Under the pieces are notes generated by a model. That model saw nothing but the letters and a program-made list of their open reading frames with translations, had not been told where the DNA came from and did not search any database. This document shows, piece by piece, positions 17,300-28,895 of a stretch of 64,000 nt of DNA. The DNA is taken from NCBI GenBank assembly GCA_947085095.1, contig CAMTVD010000004.1:32001-96000 (forward strand), given 5' to 3'. How positions within the stretch are numbered: the stretch's first letter is position 1; the number at the start of each line of letters is the position of its first letter. The position numbers were made by a program, and so were the translations under genes. Source of the DNA: an uncultured Thermus sp. Its GTDB lineage: Bacteria > Deinococcota > Deinococci > Deinococcales > Thermaceae.

Positions 17300-18133
17300 A
17301 TGACTATGGAACCCGATTGGAAAGCCCTATCCCGGGTTATCCGGGCCCACTCCGCCACCTTCTACTGGGGAAGCCGCCTCCTTCCCCCCCAGGCCCGGAA
17401 GGGAGCGTGGGCGGTCTACGCCGCCTGCCGCCTGGGGGATGAGGCGGTGGACGGGGAGGGCGGGGGCCCGAGGGCCCTTGCCGCCTGGTGGGAAGGGGTG
17501 GAGCGGGCCTACGGGGGCAGGCCCATGGAGGCGTGGGAGAAGGGCCTGGCCTGGGCTCTGGAACGCTGGCCCATTCCCTTTGAAGCCTTTCTGCACATGA
17601 GGGAAGGCTTCCTCACCGACCTGGGCCCCGTGCGCCTCAAGAGCGAGGCGGACCTCCTCACCTACGCCTATCGGGTTGCGGGCACCGTGGGCCGCATGAT
17701 AACCCCCATCGCCGGGGGCGGTCCTGAGGCCGAGGAAAAGGCCGTCCGCCTGGGCCAGGCCATGCAGCTCACCAACATCCTCAGGGACGTGGGGGAGGAC
17801 CTGGCCCAAGACCGCCTCTACCTGCCCGAGGAGCTTCTCCGGGCTTACGGGGTACGCCTGGAGGACCTCCTCGCCGCCCGGGTCACCCCAGGGTACCGGG
17901 CCCTCATGGCCTATCTGGAGGCAAGGGCCAGGGACCTTTACCGGGAGGGCCTCGGGGGCCTGCGGCACCTCAGGCTGGGGCGGGCGGCCATCGCCCTGGC
18001 CGCCCTCCAGTACCAGGGCATCCTGGACAAGCTCCGCCTCCAGCGGTACGACAACCTGCGCCACCGGGCCCACCTCAAGACCTGGGAGCGGCTCAAGCTC
18101 CTTCCCAAGGCCTTTTTGATGGCGAGGACATGA
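17300..18133 (+). CDS. crtB: Phytoene synthase
   Basis: HSATFYWGS, YAACRLGDEAVD, YRVAGTVG and QLTNILRDVGED motifs. Confidence 0.96.
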   Translation: MTMEPDWKALSRVIRAHSATFYWGSRLLPPQARKGAWAVYAACRLGDEAVDGEGGGPRALAAWWEGVERAYGGRPMEAWEKGLAWALERWPIPFEAFLHMREGFLTDLGPVRLKSEADLLTYAYRVAGTVGRMITPIAGGGPEAEEKAVRLGQAMQLTNILRDVGEDLAQDRLYLPEELLRAYGVRLEDLLAARVTPGYRALMAYLEARARDLYREGLGGLRHLRLGRAAIALAALQYQGILDKLRLQRYDNLRHRAHLKTWERLKLLPKAFLMART

Positions 18134-19383
18134 ACCTGGTTTGGCACCGCGGGGACCTGCGCCTAAAAGACCACCCCGCTCTCCTCGAGGCCCTGGCCCA
18201 GGGGAAGGTGGTGGGCCTCGTGGTCCTGGACCCCAACAACCTGAGGACCTCCCCCAGGAGGAGGGCCTGGTTTTTGGACAACGTCCGGGCCCTGCGGGAG
18301 GCCTACCGGGAGCGGGGCGGGGCCCTCTGGGTGGTAGAGGGCCCTCCCTGGGAGGTGGTTCCCCAGGTGGCCCGAAGCCTGAAGGCCAAGGCCGTCTACG
18401 CCCTGAGGAGTTACACCCCCTACGGCCGCCACCGGGATGAAAGGACCCAGGAGGCCTTGGAGGTCCCCCTTCACCTCCTCCCCGCCCCCCACCTCGTCCC
18501 CCCGGACCTCCCCCGGGCCTACCGGGTCTACACCCCCTTTAGCCGGAACTTCCAGGGTGTAGAACCGCCCCTCCCCGCCCCTGAGGCCCTGCCCCAGGCC
18601 CCGGAGGAAGGAGAGATTCCCCAGGAGGACCCCGGCCTCCCCCTGCCCCAGCCCGGGGAAGAAGCCGCCTGGGCTAGCCTCCAGGCCTTCTTGGACACCC
18701 GGCTCCCCCGCTACCCCCTGGAGAGGGACCGCCTGGACGGGGAGGGGGGCTCGAGGCTCTCCCCTTACTTCGCCCTGGGGGTCCTCTCCCCCCGGGAGGC
18801 GGCATGGGAGGCCCTGAGGCGGGGGGGCGAGGGGGCGAGGAAGTGGGTTTCCGAACTCATCTGGCGGGACTTCTCCTACCACCTCCTCTACCACTTCCCC
18901 GAGATGGCCCAAAGGGCCCTGGACGGCCGGTTTGAGGCCCTCCCCTGGGCGGAGGACGAGGAGCTTTTCCAGGCCTGGTACCGGGGAAAGACCGGGGTGC
19001 CCCTGGTGGATGCCGCCATGCGGGAGCTTCGCGCCACGGGCTTTCTCTCCAACCGGGCCCGCATGGCCGTGGCCCAGTTCGCCGTGAAGTACCTCCTCCT
19101 CCCCTGGCAGAAGGCGGAGGAAGCCTTCCGCCACCTCCTTTTGGACGGGGACCGAGCGGTGAACCTCCAGGGCTGGCAGTGGGCGGGAGGCCTGGGGGTG
19201 GACGCCGCCCCTTACTTCCGGGTCTTCAACCTGGTGGAGCAGGGAAAGCGGCACGACCCTGATGGAACCTGGCTTCGCCGCTTCGCCCCAGAGTACCCCT
19301 CCTACGAGCCCAAGGACCCCGTGGTGGACCTGGGGGAGGCCCGCAGGCGCTACCTGGCCCTGGCCCGGTCCTTGGCAAAGTAG
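18130..19383 (+). CDS. phr: CPD DNA photolyase
   Basis: WHRGDLRLKDHPAL, SRLSPYF, GKTGVPLVDAAMREL, WQWAGG, PYFRVFN. Confidence 0.95.
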   Translation: MNLVWHRGDLRLKDHPALLEALAQGKVVGLVVLDPNNLRTSPRRRAWFLDNVRALREAYRERGGALWVVEGPPWEVVPQVARSLKAKAVYALRSYTPYGRHRDERTQEALEVPLHLLPAPHLVPPDLPRAYRVYTPFSRNFQGVEPPLPAPEALPQAPEEGEIPQEDPGLPLPQPGEEAAWASLQAFLDTRLPRYPLERDRLDGEGGSRLSPYFALGVLSPREAAWEALRRGGEGARKWVSELIWRDFSYHLLYHFPEMAQRALDGRFEALPWAEDEELFQAWYRGKTGVPLVDAAMRELRATGFLSNRARMAVAQFAVKYLLLPWQKAEEAFRHLLLDGDRAVNLQGWQWAGGLGVDAAPYFRVFNLVEQGKRHDPDGTWLRRFAPEYPSYEPKDPVVDLGEARRRYLALARSLAK

Positions 19384-19427
19384 CAGGGAACCCACTCCCC
19401 CCTACCCCTGCCCGGTACCCTGGTTCT

Positions 19428-19607
19428 ATGTTCCCGGTGCGCGACCCCCAAAGGACCCTGAGGACCATCACCCTCTTCCGTTACGGCATGGCGGGCCTCT
19501 TCCTCCTCCTGGCCTCCTTTCGCGAGGAAAAGCTCCTCTTCCTGGGCCTGGCGGTCTTGGCCCTGGTGATGGCCCGCACGGGGTTCTGCCCCGTCATCCG
19601 CCGCTAG
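19428..19607 (+). CDS. 59-aa DUF2892/YgaP-like two-TM membrane protein (below the ORF-track cutoff)
   Basis: Translated by hand: MFPVRDPQRTLRTITLFRYGMAGLFLLLASFREEKLLFLGLAVLALVMARTGFCPVIRR; C-terminal GFCP; TACCCT 6 nt before ATG. Confidence 0.75.
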   Translation: MFPVRDPQRTLRTITLFRYGMAGLFLLLASFREEKLLFLGLAVLALVMARTGFCPVIRR

Positions 19608-19621
19608 AGTATCTTGGCCCC

Positions 19622-20794
19622 ATGAAGCGCCTAGACCTCAAGGAGGCCTTACCCCACCTCAAACGCCTCCAAAAAGACCCTCTTTCCGTCCTCCTGGAGT
19701 GGGGCCGGGCCCACCCCCGCCTCTTCCTCCCCATCCCCGGCTTGCCCCTGGCCCTGGTCTTTGACCCCGAGGGCGTGGAAAAGGTCCTCCTGGCGGAAGG
19801 GCTTACCAAGGCCACCTTCCAGTACCGAGCCCTCGCCCGCCTCACGGGGCGGGGCCTCCTCACCGACTGGGGAAGCACCTGGAAGGAGGCCCGCAAGGCT
19901 CTAAAAGACTCCTTTCTTCCTAAAGCCGTGAGAGCGTACCGCCCGGCCATGGAGGAAGAGGCCGAGGCCTTCTTCGCCACCTGGAAAGGGGAAAAGCGGG
20001 ACCTGGACCACGAGATGCTGGCCCTCTCCTTGAGGCTTTTAGGCCGGGCCCTCTTCGGCGAGCCCCTCTCCCCCAGGCTGGCGGAGCTTTCCCTAGAAGC
20101 CCTGGACCGCGTCATGGCCCAAACCCGCTCCCCCCTTGCCCTCCTCAACCCCTTCCAGGAGGCCCGCTTTCAAAGGGCCAAGGCCGCCCTCTACCGGGAG
20201 GCGGAGGCCCTCCTCCCCCACCCACCCCTCTCCCTCCTCCCCCGGGAAAGGGCCCTCGCCGAGGCCGTGACCCTCCTGGTGGCCGGGCACGAGACCGTGG
20301 CCAGCGCCCTCACCTGGTCCCTCCTCCTCCTCTCCCACCGCCCCGAGTGGCAAAACCAGGTGGGGGAAAGCGAGGAGGCCGCCCTTTCTGCCTTCCAGGA
20401 GGCCCTGAGGCTCTTTCCCCCGGCCTGGATCCTGACCCGCAAGGTGGAGGATCCCTTCGCCCTGGACGGGTTTCCCCTCCCCCCGGGCACCACCCTGGTC
20501 CTCTCCCCCTACGTGACCCAGAGGCTCTACTTCCCTGACGGCGAGGCCTTCCGGCCGGAGCGCTTCCTCACGGAGAGGGGCACCCCCTCGGGCCGATACT
20601 TCCCCTTCGGGCTGGGCCAGAGGCTCTGCCTGGGCCGGGACTTCGCTCTCCTGGAAGGCCCCATCGTCCTAAAGGCCTTCTTCCGCCGCTTCCGCCTGGA
20701 CCCCCTCCCCTTCCCCCGGGTCCTGGCCCAGGTGACCCTACGGCCGGAAGGGGGGCTTTGGGCGGCCCCCAAGCCCCTGGAGGTGCGGGCGTGA
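19622..20794 (+). CDS. cyp175A1: Cytochrome P450 CYP175A1-like beta-carotene hydroxylase
   Basis: MKRLDLKEA start (ORF-track extension from 19262 is spurious); AGHET, EALR, PERF, FGLGQRLCLG heme motif. Confidence 0.95.
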   Translation: MKRLDLKEALPHLKRLQKDPLSVLLEWGRAHPRLFLPIPGLPLALVFDPEGVEKVLLAEGLTKATFQYRALARLTGRGLLTDWGSTWKEARKALKDSFLPKAVRAYRPAMEEEAEAFFATWKGEKRDLDHEMLALSLRLLGRALFGEPLSPRLAELSLEALDRVMAQTRSPLALLNPFQEARFQRAKAALYREAEALLPHPPLSLLPRERALAEAVTLLVAGHETVASALTWSLLLLSHRPEWQNQVGESEEAALSAFQEALRLFPPAWILTRKVEDPFALDGFPLPPGTTLVLSPYVTQRLYFPDGEAFRPERFLTERGTPSGRYFPFGLGQRLCLGRDFALLEGPIVLKAFFRRFRLDPLPFPRVLAQVTLRPEGGLWAAPKPLEVRA

Positions 20795-21492
20795 CCTACC
20801 TGGAGTTCCACCTGGTCTTTATCCTTCCCCCCCTCCTTCTCCTCCTCCTCTGGGCCAGGCCCAGACCCCCCAGGCTCTGGACCTACCTCCTCATGCCCCT
20901 CATCGCCCTCCTCTACACCACCCCCTGGGACAACTACCTGGTCTACAAGGAGGTCTGGGGCTACCCCGAGGGGCGGGTCCTCCTCCGCATCGGGTACGTG
21001 CCCTTAGAGGAATACCTCTTCTTCCTCCTGCAGCCCCTCCTCACCGGGGCCCTCCTCTTCCGGCTGGCGGGGACCCCTCCCCCGGCGGGGCCGGGCCTGG
21101 CCCGGGTGGTGGGGGGAGGGTTCTGGCTCCTCATCGCCGCCTTGGGGGTGATGCTCCTGGCCCTTGGGGGCGAGTACCTCTACCTGGGGCTGATCCTGGC
21201 CTACTTCGCCCCCGTCTTCGTCCTGCAGTGGGCCTTCGGAGGGGACCTCCTCCTGGCCTGGCGCACGCCTTTCCTCCTGGGGGTGGGTCTCCCCACCCTC
21301 TACCTCTGGTTCGCCGACTTCTTGGCCATCACCCGGGAAGGGATCTGGTGGATTTCTAAGGAGTACACCCTGGGCCTGGGCCTGGCGGGGCTTCCCCTGG
21401 AGGAGATGCTCTTCTTCCTTTTCACCAACCTGGCGGTGGTCCAGGGCCTCCTCCTGGCCTGGCACCCCGAGGCCTTACGGCGCTTAAGATAG
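20791..21492 (+). CDS. Membrane lycopene beta-cyclase (fused CrtYc/Yd type)
   Basis: GTG overlapping the cyp stop; YTTPWDNY and two PLEE(Y/M)LFF repeats. Confidence 0.85.
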   Translation: MTYLEFHLVFILPPLLLLLLWARPRPPRLWTYLLMPLIALLYTTPWDNYLVYKEVWGYPEGRVLLRIGYVPLEEYLFFLLQPLLTGALLFRLAGTPPPAGPGLARVVGGGFWLLIAALGVMLLALGGEYLYLGLILAYFAPVFVLQWAFGGDLLLAWRTPFLLGVGLPTLYLWFADFLAITREGIWWISKEYTLGLGLAGLPLEEMLFFLFTNLAVVQGLLLAWHPEALRRLR

Positions 21493-21497
21493 CCCCC

Positions 21498-22160
21498 ATG
21501 GAGACCCTGAGGGAAAGGCCTTTGGGGAGGCTCCTCTCCGCCATCGTGGGAGGATTTCTGCTCCTAAGCCTCAAGGGAAGCCTCCGGGGTGTGTACCTGA
21601 AGGGGGAGGTGCCCAAGGGCCCCCTGGTCCTGGCCATGAACCACCACAGCTTTTACGATGGCCACCTGGTCTGGCTCCTGGCGCGGCGCATGGAGCAGCC
21701 CGCAAGCCTCTTGGTGGCCGAGAAAAACCTGAAGGCCTTCCCGGTGCTGAAGCTCCTGGGAGCCCTGGAAGCCAGGTGGGTGAGGGAAGCCCTGCGGCGC
21801 CTCGGGAGGGGGGAGTGGGTGGCCCTCTTCCCCGAGGGGGAAATGCGCTACCCCGGGCCCCTGGGCCCCTTGAAGCCGGGGGCAACGTGGTTGGCCAGGA
21901 AGGCGGGGGTTCCCCTCCTCCCCGTGGCCTGCCGGGTGGCCCTACGGGGCTTTGAGCACCCCGAGGCCTTCCTCCTGGTGGGAAGGCCCCTCCCTCCGGA
22001 GGAGGACCTGGAGAGGGCCCTAGGAGGGCTTCTTCAGGAGCTGGACGAGGCCCTGAGGAAGACCCACCCCCGGGAGGTCCCGGAGGGCTTCCGGGAGGTC
22101 TTGAGGGGCAGGCGGAGCCTGGAGGAGAGGCTCGCCCCCCTGGCGAGGCTCTTTCGGTGA
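21498..22160 (+). CDS. PlsC-family acyltransferase (carotenoid glucoside acyltransferase, CruD-like)
   Basis: NHHSFYD (HX4D) and FPEG motifs; carotenoid cluster context. Confidence 0.85.
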   Translation: METLRERPLGRLLSAIVGGFLLLSLKGSLRGVYLKGEVPKGPLVLAMNHHSFYDGHLVWLLARRMEQPASLLVAEKNLKAFPVLKLLGALEARWVREALRRLGRGEWVALFPEGEMRYPGPLGPLKPGATWLARKAGVPLLPVACRVALRGFEHPEAFLLVGRPLPPEEDLERALGGLLQELDEALRKTHPREVPEGFREVLRGRRSLEERLAPLARLFR

Positions 22161-23176
22161 TGGGCGACTTCTTCTTTGGCGTCTTTCTCTTCCTCCTCCT
22201 GAGGTGGCTCGCCCTCCTCTATAACCTCCTCCGCTTTCCCCGCCTAAGCCCAAGGCCCACACCCCAGGAGGCCAGGGTTTCCATCCTGGTCCCCGCCCGG
22301 AACGAGGCGGAGAACCTGAGGCGGACCCTCCCCACCCTCCTCTGGCAAGGGGCCCTCGAGGTCCTGGTGCTGGACGACCTCTCCGAGGATGGGACCGCCC
22401 GGGTGGCCCAGGAGGTGGCTGGGGGGCACCGCGGCTTCCGCCTCCTCCGGGGGAAACCCCTTCCCGAGGGCTGGCGGGGCAAAAACTGGGCCTGCTGGCA
22501 GCTGGCCCAGGAGGCCCGGGGGGAGGTCCTGGTCTTCACCGACGCCGATGTCTTGTGGAAAGAGGGGGCCTTGGGAGGCCTTCTTGCCGCCTTAGAGGGC
22601 AAGGACCTGGTCTCCGCCCTGCCCAGGCAGGAGGGAGGGCCAGAGGACGTGGTGGTGGCCTTCGTCATGAATGGGCTCTTTTCCTTCCTGCCCCACCCCC
22701 TCCTGGAGGCCTTCAGGGTGGCCAACGGCCAGGTCCTGGCCTTCCCAAGGGAGGCCTACTTCGCCCAAGGAGGGCACCAGGCGGTGCGGGGGGAGGTCCT
22801 TGAGGATGTGGCCCTGGCGAAGCGGGCAGGGCGCTACGGCCTCTACCTGGGGCAAAACCTCTTCCGGGTGCGCATGTACCGGGGCTACGCCCAGGCGGTC
22901 TCCGGCTTCGCCAAGAACTTCCTGGATATCCACCTGAAAAACTCCGCCATCCTCCTGGGCTCGGCTTTTTACCACCTGGCCCTTTACACCCTTCCCTGGC
23001 TCCTCGGTCGGTGGGAGCTTGGGCTTTTGGGCCTCTTGGAGCGCCTGGCCGTTCAGCTCGCCCTAAAAGGCCCCCTCCTTCCCGCCCTCCCCACCCCCCT
23101 GGTCCCCCTGCTTCTCCTGCCTATTTACCTAAGAGCGCTCCTCCCGGGGAAAACCTGGAAGGGCAGGCCCCTTTGA
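22160..23176 (+). CDS. GT2 glycosyltransferase (carotenoid glucosyltransferase, CruC-like)
   Basis: [36 protein letters not shown] motifs. Confidence 0.88.
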   Translation: MGDFFFGVFLFLLLRWLALLYNLLRFPRLSPRPTPQEARVSILVPARNEAENLRRTLPTLLWQGALEVLVLDDLSEDGTARVAQEVAGGHRGFRLLRGKPLPEGWRGKNWACWQLAQEARGEVLVFTDADVLWKEGALGGLLAALEGKDLVSALPRQEGGPEDVVVAFVMNGLFSFLPHPLLEAFRVANGQVLAFPREAYFAQGGHQAVRGEVLEDVALAKRAGRYGLYLGQNLFRVRMYRGYAQAVSGFAKNFLDIHLKNSAILLGSAFYHLALYTLPWLLGRWELGLLGLLERLAVQLALKGPLLPALPTPLVPLLLLPIYLRALLPGKTWKGRPL

Positions 23177-23229
23177 AAGGTGGGCCAGGCCCATCTTTCC
23201 GGATGAGGGGGCCTGGTAGACTCCTCCTC

Positions 23230-26731
<3,502 letters not shown>

Positions 26732-26757
26732 GCCCATCATGCTATCCCGCCCTGGGA

Positions 26758-26788
26758 CTTTCACATGGCTTTCACAGGCTCTGATAAT
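26758..26788 (+). promoter_or_regulatory. Candidate promoter of the riboswitch/pilus operon with a CTTTCACA direct repeat at 11-bp spacing
   Basis: TTCACA 26760-65, 17 nt, GATAAT 26783-88; CTTTCACA at 26758 and 26769. Confidence 0.55.
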
Positions 26789-26800
26789 ATTGGGTCCTGA

Positions 26801-26874
26801 GGGGAGGCGAAGAGCCCTCAGATCCCGAGATGGGCGCCAGGGGACGAGGGGGAGCCAGTGGCGCAACCGGCCCC
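26801..26874 (+). ncRNA. Cyclic di-GMP-II riboswitch
   Basis: P1 GGGG/CCCC; GC-GAAGA...GA-GC kink-turn; CCCTC..TCCC/GGGA..GAGGG stem; pseudoknot GCGCCA/TGGCGC; 3' GAGCCAGTGGCGCAACCGGCC parallels the recalled class II GAGYUAGUAGUGCAACCGAC with compensatory changes; ends 22 nt before ATG. Confidence 0.85.
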
Positions 26875-26896
26875 GAAACCTTTTGGAGGTGCAAAG

Positions 26897-27502
26897 ATGA
26901 AAAGGAAGCTGGTCGCTCTACTGGCCCTGGTAGCGGGTTTAGCCCTGGCCCAAAACACCGCGAGCCACACCATCACGGTTACGGTTCCCCCAGTCCTTAG
27001 GCTCCATTTGGATGCCTTGGACTACCTCTTTGATTTCACCGCTGACGCCCCAGTCGCAAACAACTCGCTGGGCTTCCCCAAAGCCACGAAAGCAGCCTAC
27101 GAGGCCTTCCTAGACAATGCGTCCAAAACCACCCAACTCTTTGCCCCTACCAGTATTGCTGGGACCAGCAACGACTACGGCACCTTGCGAATCAATACGA
27201 ACCAGGCTCAATGGGTGGTCAAGATTGATACGATTACGGACAACCTTGCTACTCCCCTGTCCAACAGCCGTCTGAAAGTCCACGCTGTAAAGGATACGGG
27301 TAAGGGTTCCTCGCTAACCGGTGAGCCTGGTTCCATGGCCCTTGCGGCCAATACCGCTATCGTTGGAGCAACCAGCAACGGGCAGGGCAGGAGCGTGTAC
27401 AAGCTTTACTACCTTCTGGAAATGAACATCAACGACGCATTTCCACATGCGTCTGACTACAGCAGCACCATCACCGTTAACCTCCTTCTGACTACGCCCT
27501 AA
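26897..27502 (+). CDS. Secreted pilin-like major subunit (putative chaperone-usher type)
   Basis: RBS GGAGGT; Sec signal ALA-Q; N-terminal alternating strand ASHTITVTVP; C-terminal strand YSSTITVNLLLT; low GC. Confidence 0.7.
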   Translation: MKRKLVALLALVAGLALAQNTASHTITVTVPPVLRLHLDALDYLFDFTADAPVANNSLGFPKATKAAYEAFLDNASKTTQLFAPTSIAGTSNDYGTLRINTNQAQWVVKIDTITDNLATPLSNSRLKVHAVKDTGKGSSLTGEPGSMALAANTAIVGATSNGQGRSVYKLYYLLEMNINDAFPHASDYSSTITVNLLLTTP

Positions 27503-27517
27503 CCCTTGGTCGCGCTC

Positions 27518-27551
27518 AAGGCCGCTTCCCGCAAACACCGGAGGCGGCCTT
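27518..27551 (+). terminator. Intra-operon stem-loop after the major subunit gene
   Basis: AAGGCCGCTTCC...GGAGGCGGCCTT then TAT; short U-tract. Confidence 0.65.
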
Positions 27552-27574
27552 TATGCTTGAGGAGGTAGACGAAG

Positions 27575-28315
27575 ATGAAGCGCCCCTGGACCTTACTGGC
27601 AAGCCTGCTAAACCTGGCCCTGGCCCAGGTGGACCTCATCCTCTCCCCCGCCCGGCTGGAGTTCGTCCTGCCTCCTCTGGGCGAGGTGAGCGAGGTGGTG
27701 CGGGTAGCCAACGGCCTAGACCGAGGGGAACCCCTCTCCGTGCGCCTCATGCCCTTCAGGCTGACCCCGAAGGGTGAGGTGCTGGAAAGCCCGGAAAGGA
27801 ATCTATGCCCCCACCTCACCGTGGCCCCCACGGCCTTCACCGTACCCCCCAGGGGGACCGCCGAGGTCCGCCTCACCCTCAAGGCCCCCCCTAAGGGGGA
27901 AGGCACCTTTGCCTGTATGGTGGTCTTCACCGCCCAACCTAGGCCTGTGAGCGCGGGGGGACTAAGGGCTTCCGCCAGCCCCTCCCTTGGCCTCGCCGTC
28001 TACCTCACCCTGAAGGGAACGGAAAGGCCCGCCCTCCGGGCCAGGGTGGGGGGTGAAGGGAAGGCCCTCCCCCTCCTCTTGGAGAACCCCGGGAACGTCC
28101 TCCAGCGCCTCACGGGGGAGGCCCGGGTCTTTGACGGGGCCGGGAAAGAGCTGGCCCGCCTCCCTGTAACTGAGCTCCCCGTCTTCCCCGGGGGGTACCG
28201 GGAGCTTGACCTGGAGGCGGAAGAGCCCCTTCCCCCAGGGCGGTACCGGGTGGTCCTGATCCTGGAAAGCGCCTACGGGCGCTACGCGGCGGAGGGAACA
28301 TGGACCGTGCCTTAG
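27575..28315 (+). CDS. PapD/EcpB-like periplasmic pilus chaperone (two Ig domains)
   Basis: Signal ALA-Q; LSPARLE, VRVAN, TVAPTAFTVPP...EVRL, LENPGN...R and VFPGGYR chaperone-like pattern. Confidence 0.72.
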   Translation: MKRPWTLLASLLNLALAQVDLILSPARLEFVLPPLGEVSEVVRVANGLDRGEPLSVRLMPFRLTPKGEVLESPERNLCPHLTVAPTAFTVPPRGTAEVRLTLKAPPKGEGTFACMVVFTAQPRPVSAGGLRASASPSLGLAVYLTLKGTERPALRARVGGEGKALPLLLENPGNVLQRLTGEARVFDGAGKELARLPVTELPVFPGGYRELDLEAEEPLPPGRYRVVLILESAYGRYAAEGTWTVP

Positions 28316-28890
28316 CCCTTCTCCTTTTCCTCCTCCCCTTGGCCTGGGGGCAGACCCTGAACTGCGACGCCACAGACCTGCGGTACGATTTTTCCGCCTC
28401 TGGCCCCCTCACCCAGGTGACCGTGGCGGGCCAGAACTACTACGTGGCCAACCTGGCCTCCTACCTTCTCCTCCTGGACGGTACCGCCTCCATGCGCTTC
28501 CTCCCCACGGCGGTGGCGGGAGGGACGGGGTACCGGGTAGCGTGCACGGTGACCACCCCGAACCGGGATGCGATCAGGGGAGGGGCGCTTTGTGGGGCGG
28601 GGAGGAAGTTCTGCTTGCGGGTGACGGGCGTTTCCGGCTCCCTCCCTGTGGACTGGACCGGGAGGCTTTACGTCATGGTCCAGGTCATCTCCGGAAACGC
28701 CACCAGCTTCGCGCCCACGCCCATCCTTCTCTCCGCCGTTCCCGACAACCGGGGCCTCGCCGATGTCCAGAGGAACACCACCGCCACCTTGCACATCTAC
28801 TACTGGGTGGAACTGGCCCCGGGCGACTTCTTCCCCACTCTGCCCGCCACGGGCACCCTTACCCTCACGTACCAAGTCCAAGGCGACTAG
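28300..28890 (+). CDS. Secreted minor/tip pilin-like protein, paralog of 26897-27502
   Basis: Signal AWG-Q; DATDLRYDF, FLPTAVAG, RLYV and IYYWVELAPGDFFP align with major subunit motifs; 4 Cys. Confidence 0.68.
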   Translation: MDRALALLLFLLPLAWGQTLNCDATDLRYDFSASGPLTQVTVAGQNYYVANLASYLLLLDGTASMRFLPTAVAGGTGYRVACTVTTPNRDAIRGGALCGAGRKFCLRVTGVSGSLPVDWTGRLYVMVQVISGNATSFAPTPILLSAVPDNRGLADVQRNTTATLHIYYWVELAPGDFFPTLPATGTLTLTYQVQGD

Positions 28891-28895
28891 TCCCC

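Noticed and set aside
19262..19621. 120-aa N-terminal extension of the P450 in the ORF track
   Set aside because: Pro-rich, overlaps phr and the 59-aa ORF; CYP175A1 similarity starts at ATG 19622
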